The notes under the pieces are model-generated. The model searched no databases, was not told the DNA's origin, and saw only the letters and a list, made by a program, of their open reading frames with translations. DNA of 58,162 nucleotides, the filler included, from Jimgerdemannia flammicorona (taxonomy: Eukaryota), in NCBI GenBank assembly GCA_003990765.1. It is 3 parts of 3 records of this genome, joined end to end, with 100 filler letters (N's around TTAATTAATTAA, not from the genome) between each part and the next. Parts side by side here need not be neighbours in the genome. Positions count along the whole stretch, not along the records: positions 19,423 to 38,743 come from RBNJ01001970.1; 2 more parts are not named here. One strand, written 5' to 3'. Positions 25,751-37,039 of this stretch are shown here, piece by piece. The position numbers and the translations under genes were made by a program. Each line of letters opens with the position of its first letter. The first letter of the stretch is position 1.

Positions 25751-26919
25751 CCTTTCTCTGCTACCTTACCGGTCACAAGGTTTGGTAGGTAACCTTCTGA
25801 GTCTCCTTTCCCCTAATATTACCCCCTCTACCTTGGGTTGGTTTGCTATGCCTGTAGGGGCATGGTGGGAGGAGGGCAATAGTGATTAGTTGTCTCTTTA
25901 TTGGTGTCAGATCAGTGCTTCCTCTACTTTTTCGCGGTTTCTGGTGCCTTCAGCTGCATCTGGGGTATACTTGTTTTGGTGTGGCACCTTCTTCCTTTTG
26001 CCATTGCCAACAAGGTGTCATCTCGGTGTGTCTCAGGCTATATAGAGAGTCAGCTGACCTTTGGTGTCAAGTGCTCAGTATAGGTTACCTGCAGATCATC
26101 GGTGCCTATAGTGGGGCCCTCTGGCTTTGGCGAGCTTCTCGGTGAGTGCAGTTCTGGTGTAGGTGACTGTTTTTCAGGTATTGTCGGGATGGGAAGAGAG
26201 ATGGCCATCACAGATAGGAGGAAGGGCGATAATGGTGAACCAGTAGGGTGCCAGACTGGGGGCAGTCATCAGGGTTGGGGCAGGTACTGCTTCAGTGGGG
26301 CCTTTTGATTGGTGCGGTGTGGTTAGGTGGTAGGTGTCACTATCAGCTTCTTTTGGCGGTCAGCAGGGTTGGGCCCCAGTCATCAGGGGGGGTCAGGAGG
26401 CCTGAGACTACCCATTTCAGGTGTCTTGGTTGCACTCAACTGGAACTGGGAGCTGACATGACAATGTGATTGAGGCCTACAGGCTTGAGTAGTGGGGTAT
26501 TGGGGGTTTCCTCCTGCCTCACATGTAAGTCCTTTACTCACCTTGACTGGGAGAACCAGGCCCTACCCACTGTATTGTGCTTTGATGAGGGTTTTTTCTT
26601 TATCTGTCATTCTTTTTAGGGGTGGCAGGGGCTATTCTATTTGGCTTAGGCATGGCCTTGTACATATGTTGGGTTCTCAGGCATATGCTTTCAGTCATTA
26701 GTGTATGGTTGGGTTTCTCCTGGTGGTAGGGAGAGCATGGTGTGCAGAATGAGGTGCGGGCCTTTTCGGTCCTGCTGCGCCTGGCATGGTCGAGCTGCTG
26801 GACAATAGCTAGCCTAGGTTAATGGGGGGGCAGTGCTTGGTGGGTAGTGGGGGAGGGTTTTGGCCTATATAGTCTAGGTTCCCTTCCAAAAAAAATCTGT
26901 GGGACATGAGTCCGTAAAA

Positions 26920-26951
<32 letters not shown>
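25751..26951 (+). mobile_element. 1.2-kb poly(A) retroposon, copy B
   Basis: 16-bp TSD ACAGTACTTATACTCA (25735-25750, 26952-26967); long A tail; full-length match to 47262-48444. Confidence 0.92.
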
Positions 26952-26953
<2 letters not shown>

Positions 26954-27192
26954 AGTACTTATACTCAACTTTAATTATATCAATTATCGCTATTTTTTTA
27001 GAAAGTAAGCCAGGCCAGTTTTGTGACTTTGGAATTTTGGAGATCCAATCATCACTTACTAAAAAAACACAACTTGAAGAAAGTACACACTTAAAAATAT
27101 ACTGTTAGTGTGACTGAAAAAAAGTACAACCACAACCATACCTCCTTCTACCATACCTCTTCGTTTTTTCTCCCCTTCTTTTCTAACAAACT

Positions 27193-27961
27193 ATGTTACT
27201 CACACAAGAGTTGCGAGATGCATTTAAAACTATTCAACGCTGTACTGAATATTATAACAAAGACATTAGAATAGACTATTATATTACTGCCAAAGACATT
27301 CACAAAATTTCAACAAGATATGGTGAGAAAACTACTGAAGTCATCAATTTTAATGAAGAGGTTGATAGTCAACTGAAGATTATAGGAAGATCTCTCCGCA
27401 TGGCCAAAAAGAAGATTCAAGAAAATGAAGCTGCCTCAAATCCCACCACAGTGCTCATGGCTGCCCAAAATCCCACAGCTGCTCAAAATCCCACCATGGT
27501 GTCCACCTCAACTCTCACTAACAGTCAGATGAGAAGAGTGGTGTCTCCAAGAAGAACAGTGTCTCTATCACCAGAAGAAGACTATGTTGAGCTTTTCAAT
27601 TATTGTCAACACAAATGTGGAAGTATCTTGCTTGAAGTATTATATGCATTTGGTCACCGACTAGCTCGTAGATGATTTTCTGAAGGGTCAGATGGTGACA
27701 AACAAAAGTTGTTGGAAAATTTTGGAAAGTAATGGGAACAAATTAAGATCTATAAAGACGCAGATGCAAAAAGCTCATTTAATGTTTCATATCTTGAAGC
27801 ATTATGGGTGTAAAGCAATATTGACTCTTGATAAGGACATTGTTAAAAAGATTTTACAAGCTAAGGTAACCGATAAAGATATTATCAAGGATATTGCAAA
27901 TCATGATACACCCCCTTCTTCACCCAATCAAGATCATGAAGTAGATGAAGATGAAGAATAG
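27193..27961 (+). pseudogene. Hypothetical protein (two ORF pieces, 160 and 89 aa)
   Basis: ATG after a pyrimidine-rich leader, internal AAQNPT repeat and acidic C-terminus; no recognised domain. Confidence 0.4.
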
Positions 27962-28285
27962 AAGGTGGAGAAGAAAGGTAAGAAAATATCAATATTTTGG
28001 ATCACAATTTTTGGATTAATAAATAATAATATCTGTAATCTATAGGCAAACCACAAGCTGCAAGCCGCAAACCACAAGTTACAAGCAGCTGCCACAAGCC
28101 AAAAATATATCATTCACATTGCCATCTCTCTTAAAAAATTATTTAATCTATTGATTTATATATATATGCAATGTTCATCATATTGGCAAAAAAAAATAAA
28201 GTATAAATATGGTGTGAAGATGTGGCTTATATCATAGAAGCTTTTTTATATTCTTATACTCACACACTAAAGCTTCTTACATAAG

Positions 28286-30375
28286 GGGCATCAGTGTGGC
28301 TTCAGCATGAGGCTTCAGGACTTCAGTGTGAGGGAGAGCTTCAGCATAAGAGGGCTTCAGCATAATGGAGCTTTGACATGAGGGGCTTCGCGGCATGGGG
28401 CTTTGGCATGAGGCTTTGGCATGAGGGAGTATCAGTGTGAGGGGGATTCAGCATGAGGGGGATTTAGCATAAGGGGGAGCTTTAGAAGGCTTCAGTGTGA
28501 GAGGAGCTTCAGTATGAGAGGGCTTCGGCATGAGAGGGCTTTGGCATGAGGCTTTGACATGAGGGAGCTTCAGCATGAGAGGGCTTTGGCATGAGGGGGA
28601 GCTTTGGCATGAGGGGTTTGGTACGAGGCTTCAGCATGAGGGAGCATCAGCATGAGGGGGCTTCAGTATGAGAGGGCTTTGGCTTCAGCATGAGGGCTTC
28701 AGCATGAGGGAGAGCTTTGGCATGAGGGAGCATGAGAGGGCTTTAGCATGAGGGGGGGCTTCAGAGCTTGGCTTCGGTATGAGGCTTTGGCATGAGGGAG
28801 CATTAGTATGAGAGGGCTTCAGCATGAGAGGGCTTCAGCATGAGGGGGAGTTCAGTGTGAGAGGGCTTCAGCATGAGGGGGAGCTTTGGCATGAGGGGTT
28901 TGGCATGAGGCTTCAGTGTGAGGAAGCATCAGCATGAGGGGGCTTCAGCATGAGAGGGCTTTGGCTTCAGCATGAGAGGGCTTCAGCATGAGGGGGAGCT
29001 TCAGTATGAGGGGGAGCTTTGGCATGAGGGGGCTTCGGCATGAGGCTTTGGCATGAGGGGGAGCTTCAGCGTGAGAGGGCTTTGGTATGAGGGGGGGCTT
29101 CGGAGCTTGGCTTCAGTATGAGGCTTCAGCATGAGAGAGTATCAGCGTGAGAGAGCTTCAGTGTGAGAGGGCTTCGGCAGAGGGGGAGTTCAGTGTGAGA
29201 GGGTTTTGGCATAAGGGGGAGCTTTGGTGTGAGGGGTTTGGCATAAGGCTTCGGCATAAGGGAGCATCAGCATGAGGGAGCTTCAGCATAAGAGGGCTTT
29301 GGCTTCAGCATGAGAGGGCTTCAGCATGAGGGAGAGCTTCAGCATGAGGGGGAGCTTTGGTGTGAGGGGGCTTTGACATGAGGCTTTGGTGTGAGGGGGA
29401 GCTTCAGTGTGAGAGAGCTTTGGTGTGAGGGGGGGCTTCAGAGCTTGGCTTTGGCATGAGGCTTCAGTGTGAGGAAGCATCAACATAAGAGAGCTTCAGT
29501 GTGAGAGGGCTTCGGTATAAGGGGGAGTTCAGTATGAGAGGGCTTCGGCATGAGGGAGAGCTTCGGTGTGAGGGGTTTGGCATGAGGCTTTGGTGTGAGG
29601 AAGCATCAGCATGAGGGGGCTTCAGTATAAGAGGGCTTTGGCTTCAGCATGAGAGGGCTTCAGTATGAGAGAGAGCTTCAGTGTGAGGGGGCTTTGGCAT
29701 GAGGCTTCAGCATGAGAGGGAGCTTCTGTATGAGAGAGCTTTGGCATAAGGGGGGGCTTCAGAGCTTAGCTTCAGCATGAGGCTTTGGCATGAGGGAGCA
29801 TTAGCATGAGGGGGCTTCAGTATGAGAGGGCTTTAGTATGAGGGGGAGTTCAGTGTGAGAGGACTTCAGTATGAGGGAGAGCTTTAGCATGAGGAGTTCG
29901 GCACAAGGCTTCAGTGTGAGGGAGCATCAGCGTGAGGGGGCTTCAGCATAAGAGGGCTTTGACTTCAGCATGAGAGGGCTTCAGCATGAGGGGGAGCTTC
30001 AGCATGAGGGGGCTTTGGCATGAGGGGGAGCTTTGGCATGAGGGGGCTTTGGCATGAGGCTTTGGCATGAGGGAGAGCTTCAGCATGAGAGGGCTTCAAT
30101 ATGAGGGAGAGCTTCAGTGTGTGGGGGCTTCAGAGCTTGGCTTTGGCATAATACTTCAGTATGAGGGAGCATCAGTGTGAGGGGGCTTCAGCATGAGAGG
30201 GCTTTGGCATGAGGAGAAGCTTCAGCATGAAGGGGCTTTGGTATGAGGCTTCAGCATGAGGGAGCATCAGCGTGAGGGGGCTTCAGCATGAGAGGGCTTC
30301 AGCTTCAGTAGCATGAGGGGCTTCAGCATGAGAGGGCTTCAGCATGAGGAGGAGCTTCAGTAGCATGAGGCTTCG
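28286..30375. repeat. ~2.1-kb minisatellite (mostly 16-19-bp units, GCTTCAGCATGAGRGG) with ~340-bp higher-order periodicity
   Basis: Roughly a hundred or more degenerate units; landmark GGGGGCTTC(A/G)GAGCTT(G/A)GCTT recurs near 28755, 29095, 29431, 29753 and 30123; inverted units at ~30515-30640. Confidence 0.9.
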
Positions 30376-31367
30376 AAGAGCAATAATCCATTTACCAAAT
30401 ATTGCCATTTTATAATATAATATAAGATAATATAGGTATTATAATGCTGAAATAAAATATTTACAAACTAAAGCCATCATATGTAAGTAATTCAATATGG
30501 GCCAAAGTCCACGTATACTGAAGCCTCATATTGATGCTGATACCCTCTCATATCTCATATTGCCCCCTTATACTGAAGCTCTCTCTAAAGCTCCCCCTCA
30601 CAACAAAGCCCTCTTGAAGCTCCCCCTTATGCCGAAGTCCTCTTACAGTCATGATCATAGTTTACATGAAATTGGTACAATTCAATCTTTTAAGCTGTAG
30701 TTATATAATATTTATATATATTTTGCTGAATTCTGCAGATTTCTCAATGCAATGAACTTGAGAAGACATTATAGTATAAAGATACAATTGGGTTTTGTAA
30801 TTTTTTTTTCTTTTTATTAGTGAATGGCACAATTGCTATATATGTAACTACCATTGATTTTCACCATAATTTCTTACCTTTCACAAAAAAAATTATTGTA
30901 ATATAATTTTTTCATAAATCTATATCAAACTATTAATATAACTATTGACCTAGGAGCATAAGAATATGCTCAATATATTTATTTTCATTTATATGAATTT
31001 TTGATTGTAAAAATGATAATAAAAGTCAACATACCTTAGTGCATATCTTAGTGAAAATAATCCTGTATAACTCTTGTTAAGATATGCTTAACTTGCTTAG
31101 ATGTGGCTTTTTCTTAGTACCTCAAGGCCCACAAAACTAGCTTATTTTCATTAAGGTTCTGCATTTTTTCTGTAATATGGGGGAGTGGGGGTTTGCATTT
31201 TTTCTGTATAAAAGTGACTATTTTTCCTCATCAGCAAATTTGCTTGCCCAACCCAATTGGCTAGCCGCAGCCAGCTCATCAACCCCTGATTCATCACACA
31301 AAATTTTGACTCAGGACCGCGTACCTTACTGCAAGTTAATCCCTAATTATTCTCAACCAAACTCATA

Positions 31368-34300
31368 TTACCGGCTTGTCACTATTTTTTTTTTTTCCGG
31401 CGTAACAGGCTCTGGCTGCCGACCATGAATAACTACATTTTCACCACCAAATTTCTCTTGAGTAGCTCTCTCTTTCATCTTTCTGAATCGAGCAACTGTT
31501 GATACCATGATTTTCTGCAATGTACAGGAGCATATGAGTATTATCAGCTATTTCCACTATTTCCGAATAGCATCAAGATATTGTCACTTACTTTTATCTG
31601 CAGCATTATACGTGCTACTTTGAGGATGTTTTCGATTTCCTTAGTCGTTGTTGGGATGTCGAATTCGGCCAAATCCAAAGATGCATAGAAGCCCGCGCCA
31701 ACATACAATACGAGCAGGATACGGACAAAGAAATAGGAGGAAATGAAGCCCGGCATGAGCAGCTTCGTGGTCTGGTTCGACACCGACTTCGACAGCGCGC
31801 CGTTACCTGCCTCGGTGATAGCATCGTAGAGAGACTGGTGCATATCACGTAAGGTTTTTTGGACTTTCGTGGTATCGGATGAGATTTTTTGCCTGTTCTC
31901 GACGGTTGACCCTGCGCGCTCGCACAATGAAAATTCTCTTCCCCAAACTGAATCCTTTGAAAGATCATGACGCTACGAATGCAGAATACAGTTATTGTTG
32001 AACAACCCTTAGAATCATGACATCTCTCAATAAATATAACATACCGTGAACAACCAGTCCACATGATAGCCTTCCGCGTTTTTGGAGGCACCAATGGCGA
32101 GAGTTCGTCGGTTGCGAGAAGCACGAGAAACTATCTCCCCGCTTGAGTGATCCATCAATGAAGCATGAGTATTAACTATAACGGATGAAGAGACTCGGAA
32201 AGGTCAAACTTACTAGTGTTTATCAATGATGTTATCCAGGCAGGAAAATATATGTGCCATGATGACAATATCAATGTCCCGTTCCGAATTATTTCTCTGA
32301 GGAATCCCTTTGTCCAACATCTCACAGCTGGTCAAGAGTTCGGAGTATGGTCAAGAAGACGAAGTATAAGCATAGCTGTATACTCTAAAAAAAAAAAAAA
32401 AAAAAAAAGAAATGTAGCTTTGCATGAAAAGCTTACCAATATCGCAGTAAATTAAAGATATAGCAAACGTCGGTATGGTTGCAGTCTTCTTCCTTGAGAA
32501 GATCTACTGAAGTTGCATTTTTGCCATCATTGTCACTGTCATCATCGTCAAGACTTGGCTCCTCAGATGCCATTGCATTTCCCACCAAATGAAGGGTCTG
32601 CTTGACAGCACCACGAACACCCTCAATTAGGACGATACGTCCGATGGATTGAAGTTGGCTATTGTTGAGCTGGAAGTCAAATAAAATATAAGTCAAATGG
32701 AATGCAAAACCATAGGAACAAAAAGCAATACAATTCGGCCCTTTACTTTGGCTAATGTTTGCAAACACCTTTCAGCTGCAGGTGCAAGAATCTTCCAACC
32801 ATTTATTACAGAACCAAAGATGCTATTGAGGCTCAAGAATTCATCCTCCGTTAAAAAGGTCAGAAGATAATTGCGGTCTGACGCATTGACGATTTTCCAA
32901 TTGATTGCTCTATTAAAATTCAGAGTTCAATATGAGAAGTTGTCACCAGCGTCAAGAAAAACATCTGTCAAGTACTTACCGCATCTCTACCTCCGAAGTC
33001 GATGATTCGTATTCTTTAATTGCTTTGGACAACCAGCTAGGTGGTTCTCCATCAAATTCCCATGAAGTATATTTATCGGTCGCATCAGCGGCAGTATGCC
33101 TTTCAGAAGCCACAATCTGTACGCGCATTCAGGAGAGAGAGAGAGAAGCATCTGAGATGCAGAAAAGGTGCTGAGCAACCACGTCATTCCTGACACAGAC
33201 CTTGTTCAAATTCTTCTCCCCATCATCGTCATACTCGCCGTCCTTGTCGAGGTTTTCGTTGAAGTCATCACTGGCCTTGATCTATATGCACAATTAACAA
33301 TCGAAATTTAAGATATAAAATACGCGTTGCTAGCAATGAGGTGAACTTTACTCCGACCTTCTTCTCAGACTTCTCGTGCCAGGTAACTTTGCGTTTCCTC
33401 TCGCCTCTCTAAAAATGCAAAACAACGTTCATTAACATGAGTGGATTAATATTGAATAACATCGTACCTACACAATTCTCTCACCAAATTGTCCACCGCC
33501 GTTTCGAACACTTCTTCGGTGTAAGTGGTGGCACAATCGTACACCTTTTTGACCGACGATATCTGAATAGTAACCAAAATTAGTATCATACATGGCAAGG
33601 CATTTACTATGCTGCAAAGCGGATTAGAAGGAAATCAACCTTTGACAGTTCCAAAGACAACTGTTGTGCAGAGATCTACGTATGGATGATCAAATATTGC
33701 TTCAGAAAAGCGTATTCGATGCGGCATCTTTAGACTTGCAAGAACAAACCTTAGTTTTGATCGCCTCTTCATCCTCAATCGTGATCCAGAACAGATCAAC
33801 TTCACCGTATTTCTTCCGATGATTCTTGGCAAAAAAAAAAAAAAAAGGAAATTCGTTAGAGAGAGATGTCGCGAACAGTTTAAGAAATAATCAAACTAGT
33901 AGATTCAAGTCGACAAGGCAGGCGACAACGGACCGCAATCTTTCAAGACGGCAGCCGCGACTTGCCGTCTCTAGTTGTGCGAGGTAATTCTCCTTCCCTT
34001 CACAGACGAGAGCCGCAACCCATCAGAAAGACAGCCGTAGCCTGTCTTCCAATATAGTCTGTGGGGGGTGACAGAGAATTTGAGGTCCACTCTCATGCAA
34101 AGAGACCCCCTCCTCTCGCCGAGCCTCCAACGGCATCAACCAGGGTCCACTTCGACGTAACCGCGATTAAATCTTGGTGGTGCATGTCTGGCCATGGCAG
34201 TCACGCGGACTTGTGGAGGCCCCGCCCCAAGGCCTTGGAAATAGTAATAAAAATAATACTCAACCTTAAATCTGGTTAAAAGTTTGATCGCCGAGTCTTT

Positions 34301-34495
34301 GGCCGTGTCAGAGTCATGTTCTAGTAGGTTTTCCAGAGATGTTTTGAGGACAGAACTTTCTTTGGCAAACGAACGACTAAATCCGGGTCGACGACTACGA
34401 GTTTGATAAAAGTCCAAGTAGCGCCACTGCTTGGGAGGAACTTCGTCAAAGTACGAATCCCATTTTCCCTCGGGCGCGTCGAAGAATCTTGACAT
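31368..34495 (-). CDS. Multi-exon hypothetical protein with C-terminal PD-(D/E)XK/REase-like region (family expanded in Mucoromycota)
   Basis: CpG-rich with GT-AG introns. First exon MSRFFDAPEGKWDSYF…LTRFK. Late exons GEIVSRASRNRR…GYHVDWLFT|RHDL…GREFSLCERAG…DTTKVQKTLRDM…; last exon ends …VTSR* at 31368. Internal exons not fully resolved. Confidence 0.65.
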
Positions 34496-34887
34496 GTTTG
34501 AACGTGCACTGTGAAGAGGAATGGATGAGGATTCGTAGTTAAAAGCAAAACGCGTTAGAAATTGCAGCACACTCAAAATTCAGGTGTGGTGGCAGGCTAA
34601 GAGCGTCGAAGTTAAAACGATTTATTCATTAATCCAATAAATATCAGAGGGCAAATAGTACCTTTTGGGTGAGTAAACACAGCCCGAGGTAGCGAAGTAT
34701 AACAGGGTGCGGAGAGTAGGGGATGACAACACGCGTGATAAAGGATAAGGGAGAAAGTAGAGAAAGTAACAAACAACGCGAATTTTTTTTTTTTATTGCT
34801 TCAAGTGACGCACATTCTCTTCAGCACGTGACTGGACGTACGACGTTCTTACGACTATCCCAATATAAATATGAAACTAGATCCACT

Positions 34888-35184
34888 ATGGAACCGAAAA
34901 ATTACAGCACCATCAGAAGCATTTTGAAAAGTGAACAAGGCGAGAAAATCGCCCCGTATGTTTTCAAAGTATCTGACACCAAAGCTATTCAAGAATATTT
35001 GGATAAAGAGAGAATTACCTACGAAATTTACCAACAATTACATGTCAGTTCCAATAGAAACATAAATATCACTTATCAAGAAGATATTTCTGGATGAAGT
35101 CAGCAGGAATTAAATTCTAAGAAACGAGGATCATCAAAAGCCTTTCAAGAATTAAGGAAAAAGAGAAAAGTATCAGAAGAGTAG
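34888..35184 (+). CDS. Small 98-aa ORF if TGA=Trp (or an N-terminal extension of the transposase)
   Basis: MEPKNYSTIRSIL…ERITYEIYQQ…ISG(TGA)SQQEL…KVSEE*; 28 sense codons follow the TGA; in frame with the ATG at 35281. Confidence 0.45.
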
Positions 35185-35280
35185 AAGCATATAGGGGTAA
35201 TCCTATATAATTTTAATACACTACATAAAAGAATTTTTACAAAACCAGACAAACTGTGCATAATATATATATATATATAT

Positions 35281-37021
35281 ATGGTAGACAACACAATTAT
35301 AAATGAATACAAAAAAGCTCTCCATTTCCTGGAAGTGGGATGTGGTTGTGGTTGCTCAACTAAGATGCCCAAAGAAGAATTTGCTGAATTGCAAGAAGAC
35401 TTTCAAGTGCTAACAAAATCTGAACAAGACATTTTCTTAATGGCCTAACTCAAATCCATGGATGGAGGAGTGACAAGTACTAGTTGGCATCTTAAGAACA
35501 AGACTTGAGTCAATAAGAGAACTGTCTACTACTGAAATTATAGCACTCTGATTTGCCAAAAAACTTACCTCAATATGCTTAGTATTGGCTGCAATTATTT
35601 TGAAAACATTCAAAATCATTTGCTAAAGAATGGTCTTCTACTGCGAGTCCATGGTAATGTAAAAAGAATGCTATGGTGAAAAACCAGGATGGTTATTGAT
35701 ATTGATGTTGCTACTGTCATCAAGAATTTTTTGCTAAATTATACCAAAGTTTATGGCTTATCTAGCCCAGTAAGAAATATTAATTGAGTCACCCTATCAA
35801 TTATCTTTCTACCAGCAGAAATGAGCTACAAGTCTATTCACTAGAATTTTTTAGCTAGCCTAGAGGATAATAGTAAATTGCATAATCTTAAGTATGATGC
35901 ATTCTACAAATTATGGTACCAGTTAACCCTATATATTCAAATTATGAGTCCAAGGACCAATTTATGCGATACTTGTTAGCATTTGCAAAATGACTTATAG
36001 TTCAAAGCTCATAAAGAGGAAGAGGCCCAAGATTTATTAAAGTGATATAGAGAACATTTAGTCAAAGCCAAATTAGAATGAAACTATTACAATAAAAATT
36101 CTAAATTAGCAGAAGAATAAAGAAAACTTATTAATCAATATTTGTTAACAAATGCTAAGGCTCAATATTGCAGTGTTGATACTATCACTCATTACAGTTA
36201 TAATTGAGCACAAAATGTCCATGTGCCTCACTCAGATCAATAGATTGGTAAAGTATATTATCTTAGTACTCATAAAGTATACCTGTTTAATATCTAAGAT
36301 GAGGTGGTTCATGAACAAATTAATTATATACTGGATGAGAATGAACTCCTTAAAAAAGGTCCAAATAGTATACTTAGCTTAGTCTTTGATGGAATTAAGC
36401 AATTAAATAGAGATGAAAAGTATTTAAAAATTACTTATGACAATGCAGGTAGATAGAACAAAAATAATATCACTCTTTGGTTTTACCTATACCTGGTAAT
36501 TGCTGGTTATTATAAAAGTATTGAATTGAACTTCATGGTTTTGGGTCATACCAAATTCAAATGTGATAGTATTTGGACTAATCAAAAGACTTTATCATAA
36601 GACTATGGTAGATTGTGTAGATCACATTATAGATATGGTAAAAAGATCTAGCATTATTGGATTAAACAAAGCTCAATATTATAATGGTAATGAAGGGTTT
36701 CAATATTATGACATCATAAGTGGCCTAGAAACTTACTTTAAAAAATTACCTGGCTTATAAAAGTTTCAGCACTTTCTTTTCACCAGTGCTAATCCTGGAA
36801 TAATCAAAGCCCAAGCAGTTGCAAATAGTCCTTTCCAGAAATTCAAGTTATTGAAGACTAAATCCACAATTCCTTGACCTATAGAAAAAATCAAAGCTTT
36901 GTTATTTCCAGTGCTTAAGCCTGTTCCTATGAAATTAAAATGTCAGAAGTATCTCTATTACAATATTCACTCCTTTGTTTGAGATGAATTTAAAGATATT
37001 ACTTGTCTCAAGCCAACATAG
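35281..37021 (+). pseudogene. Intronless Sola-type (Sola2-like) DDD transposase, copy 1
   Basis: CGCGC; ICQKTYL…RVHGN; PRTNLCDTC; SYN(TGA)AQNVHVP..Q.GKVYY; DNAGR*NKN; GHTKFKCD.FGLIK. One frameshift near 36571 and several C>T stops. Confidence 0.8.
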
Positions 37022-37039
37022 AATATTATTGAGTAATAA

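Noticed and set aside
28286..30375. CRISPR-like array or repetitive protein (PLMLKL/PHAEA ORFs)
   Set aside because: There are no unique spacers, units are degenerate and abutting, and the ORFs are short by-products of the repeat.
35197..35287. GT…AG intron joining the small ORF to the transposase
   Set aside because: Splicing at these sites gives an immediate stop (ACA ACA CAA TTA TAA), whereas the unspliced frame is already continuous.
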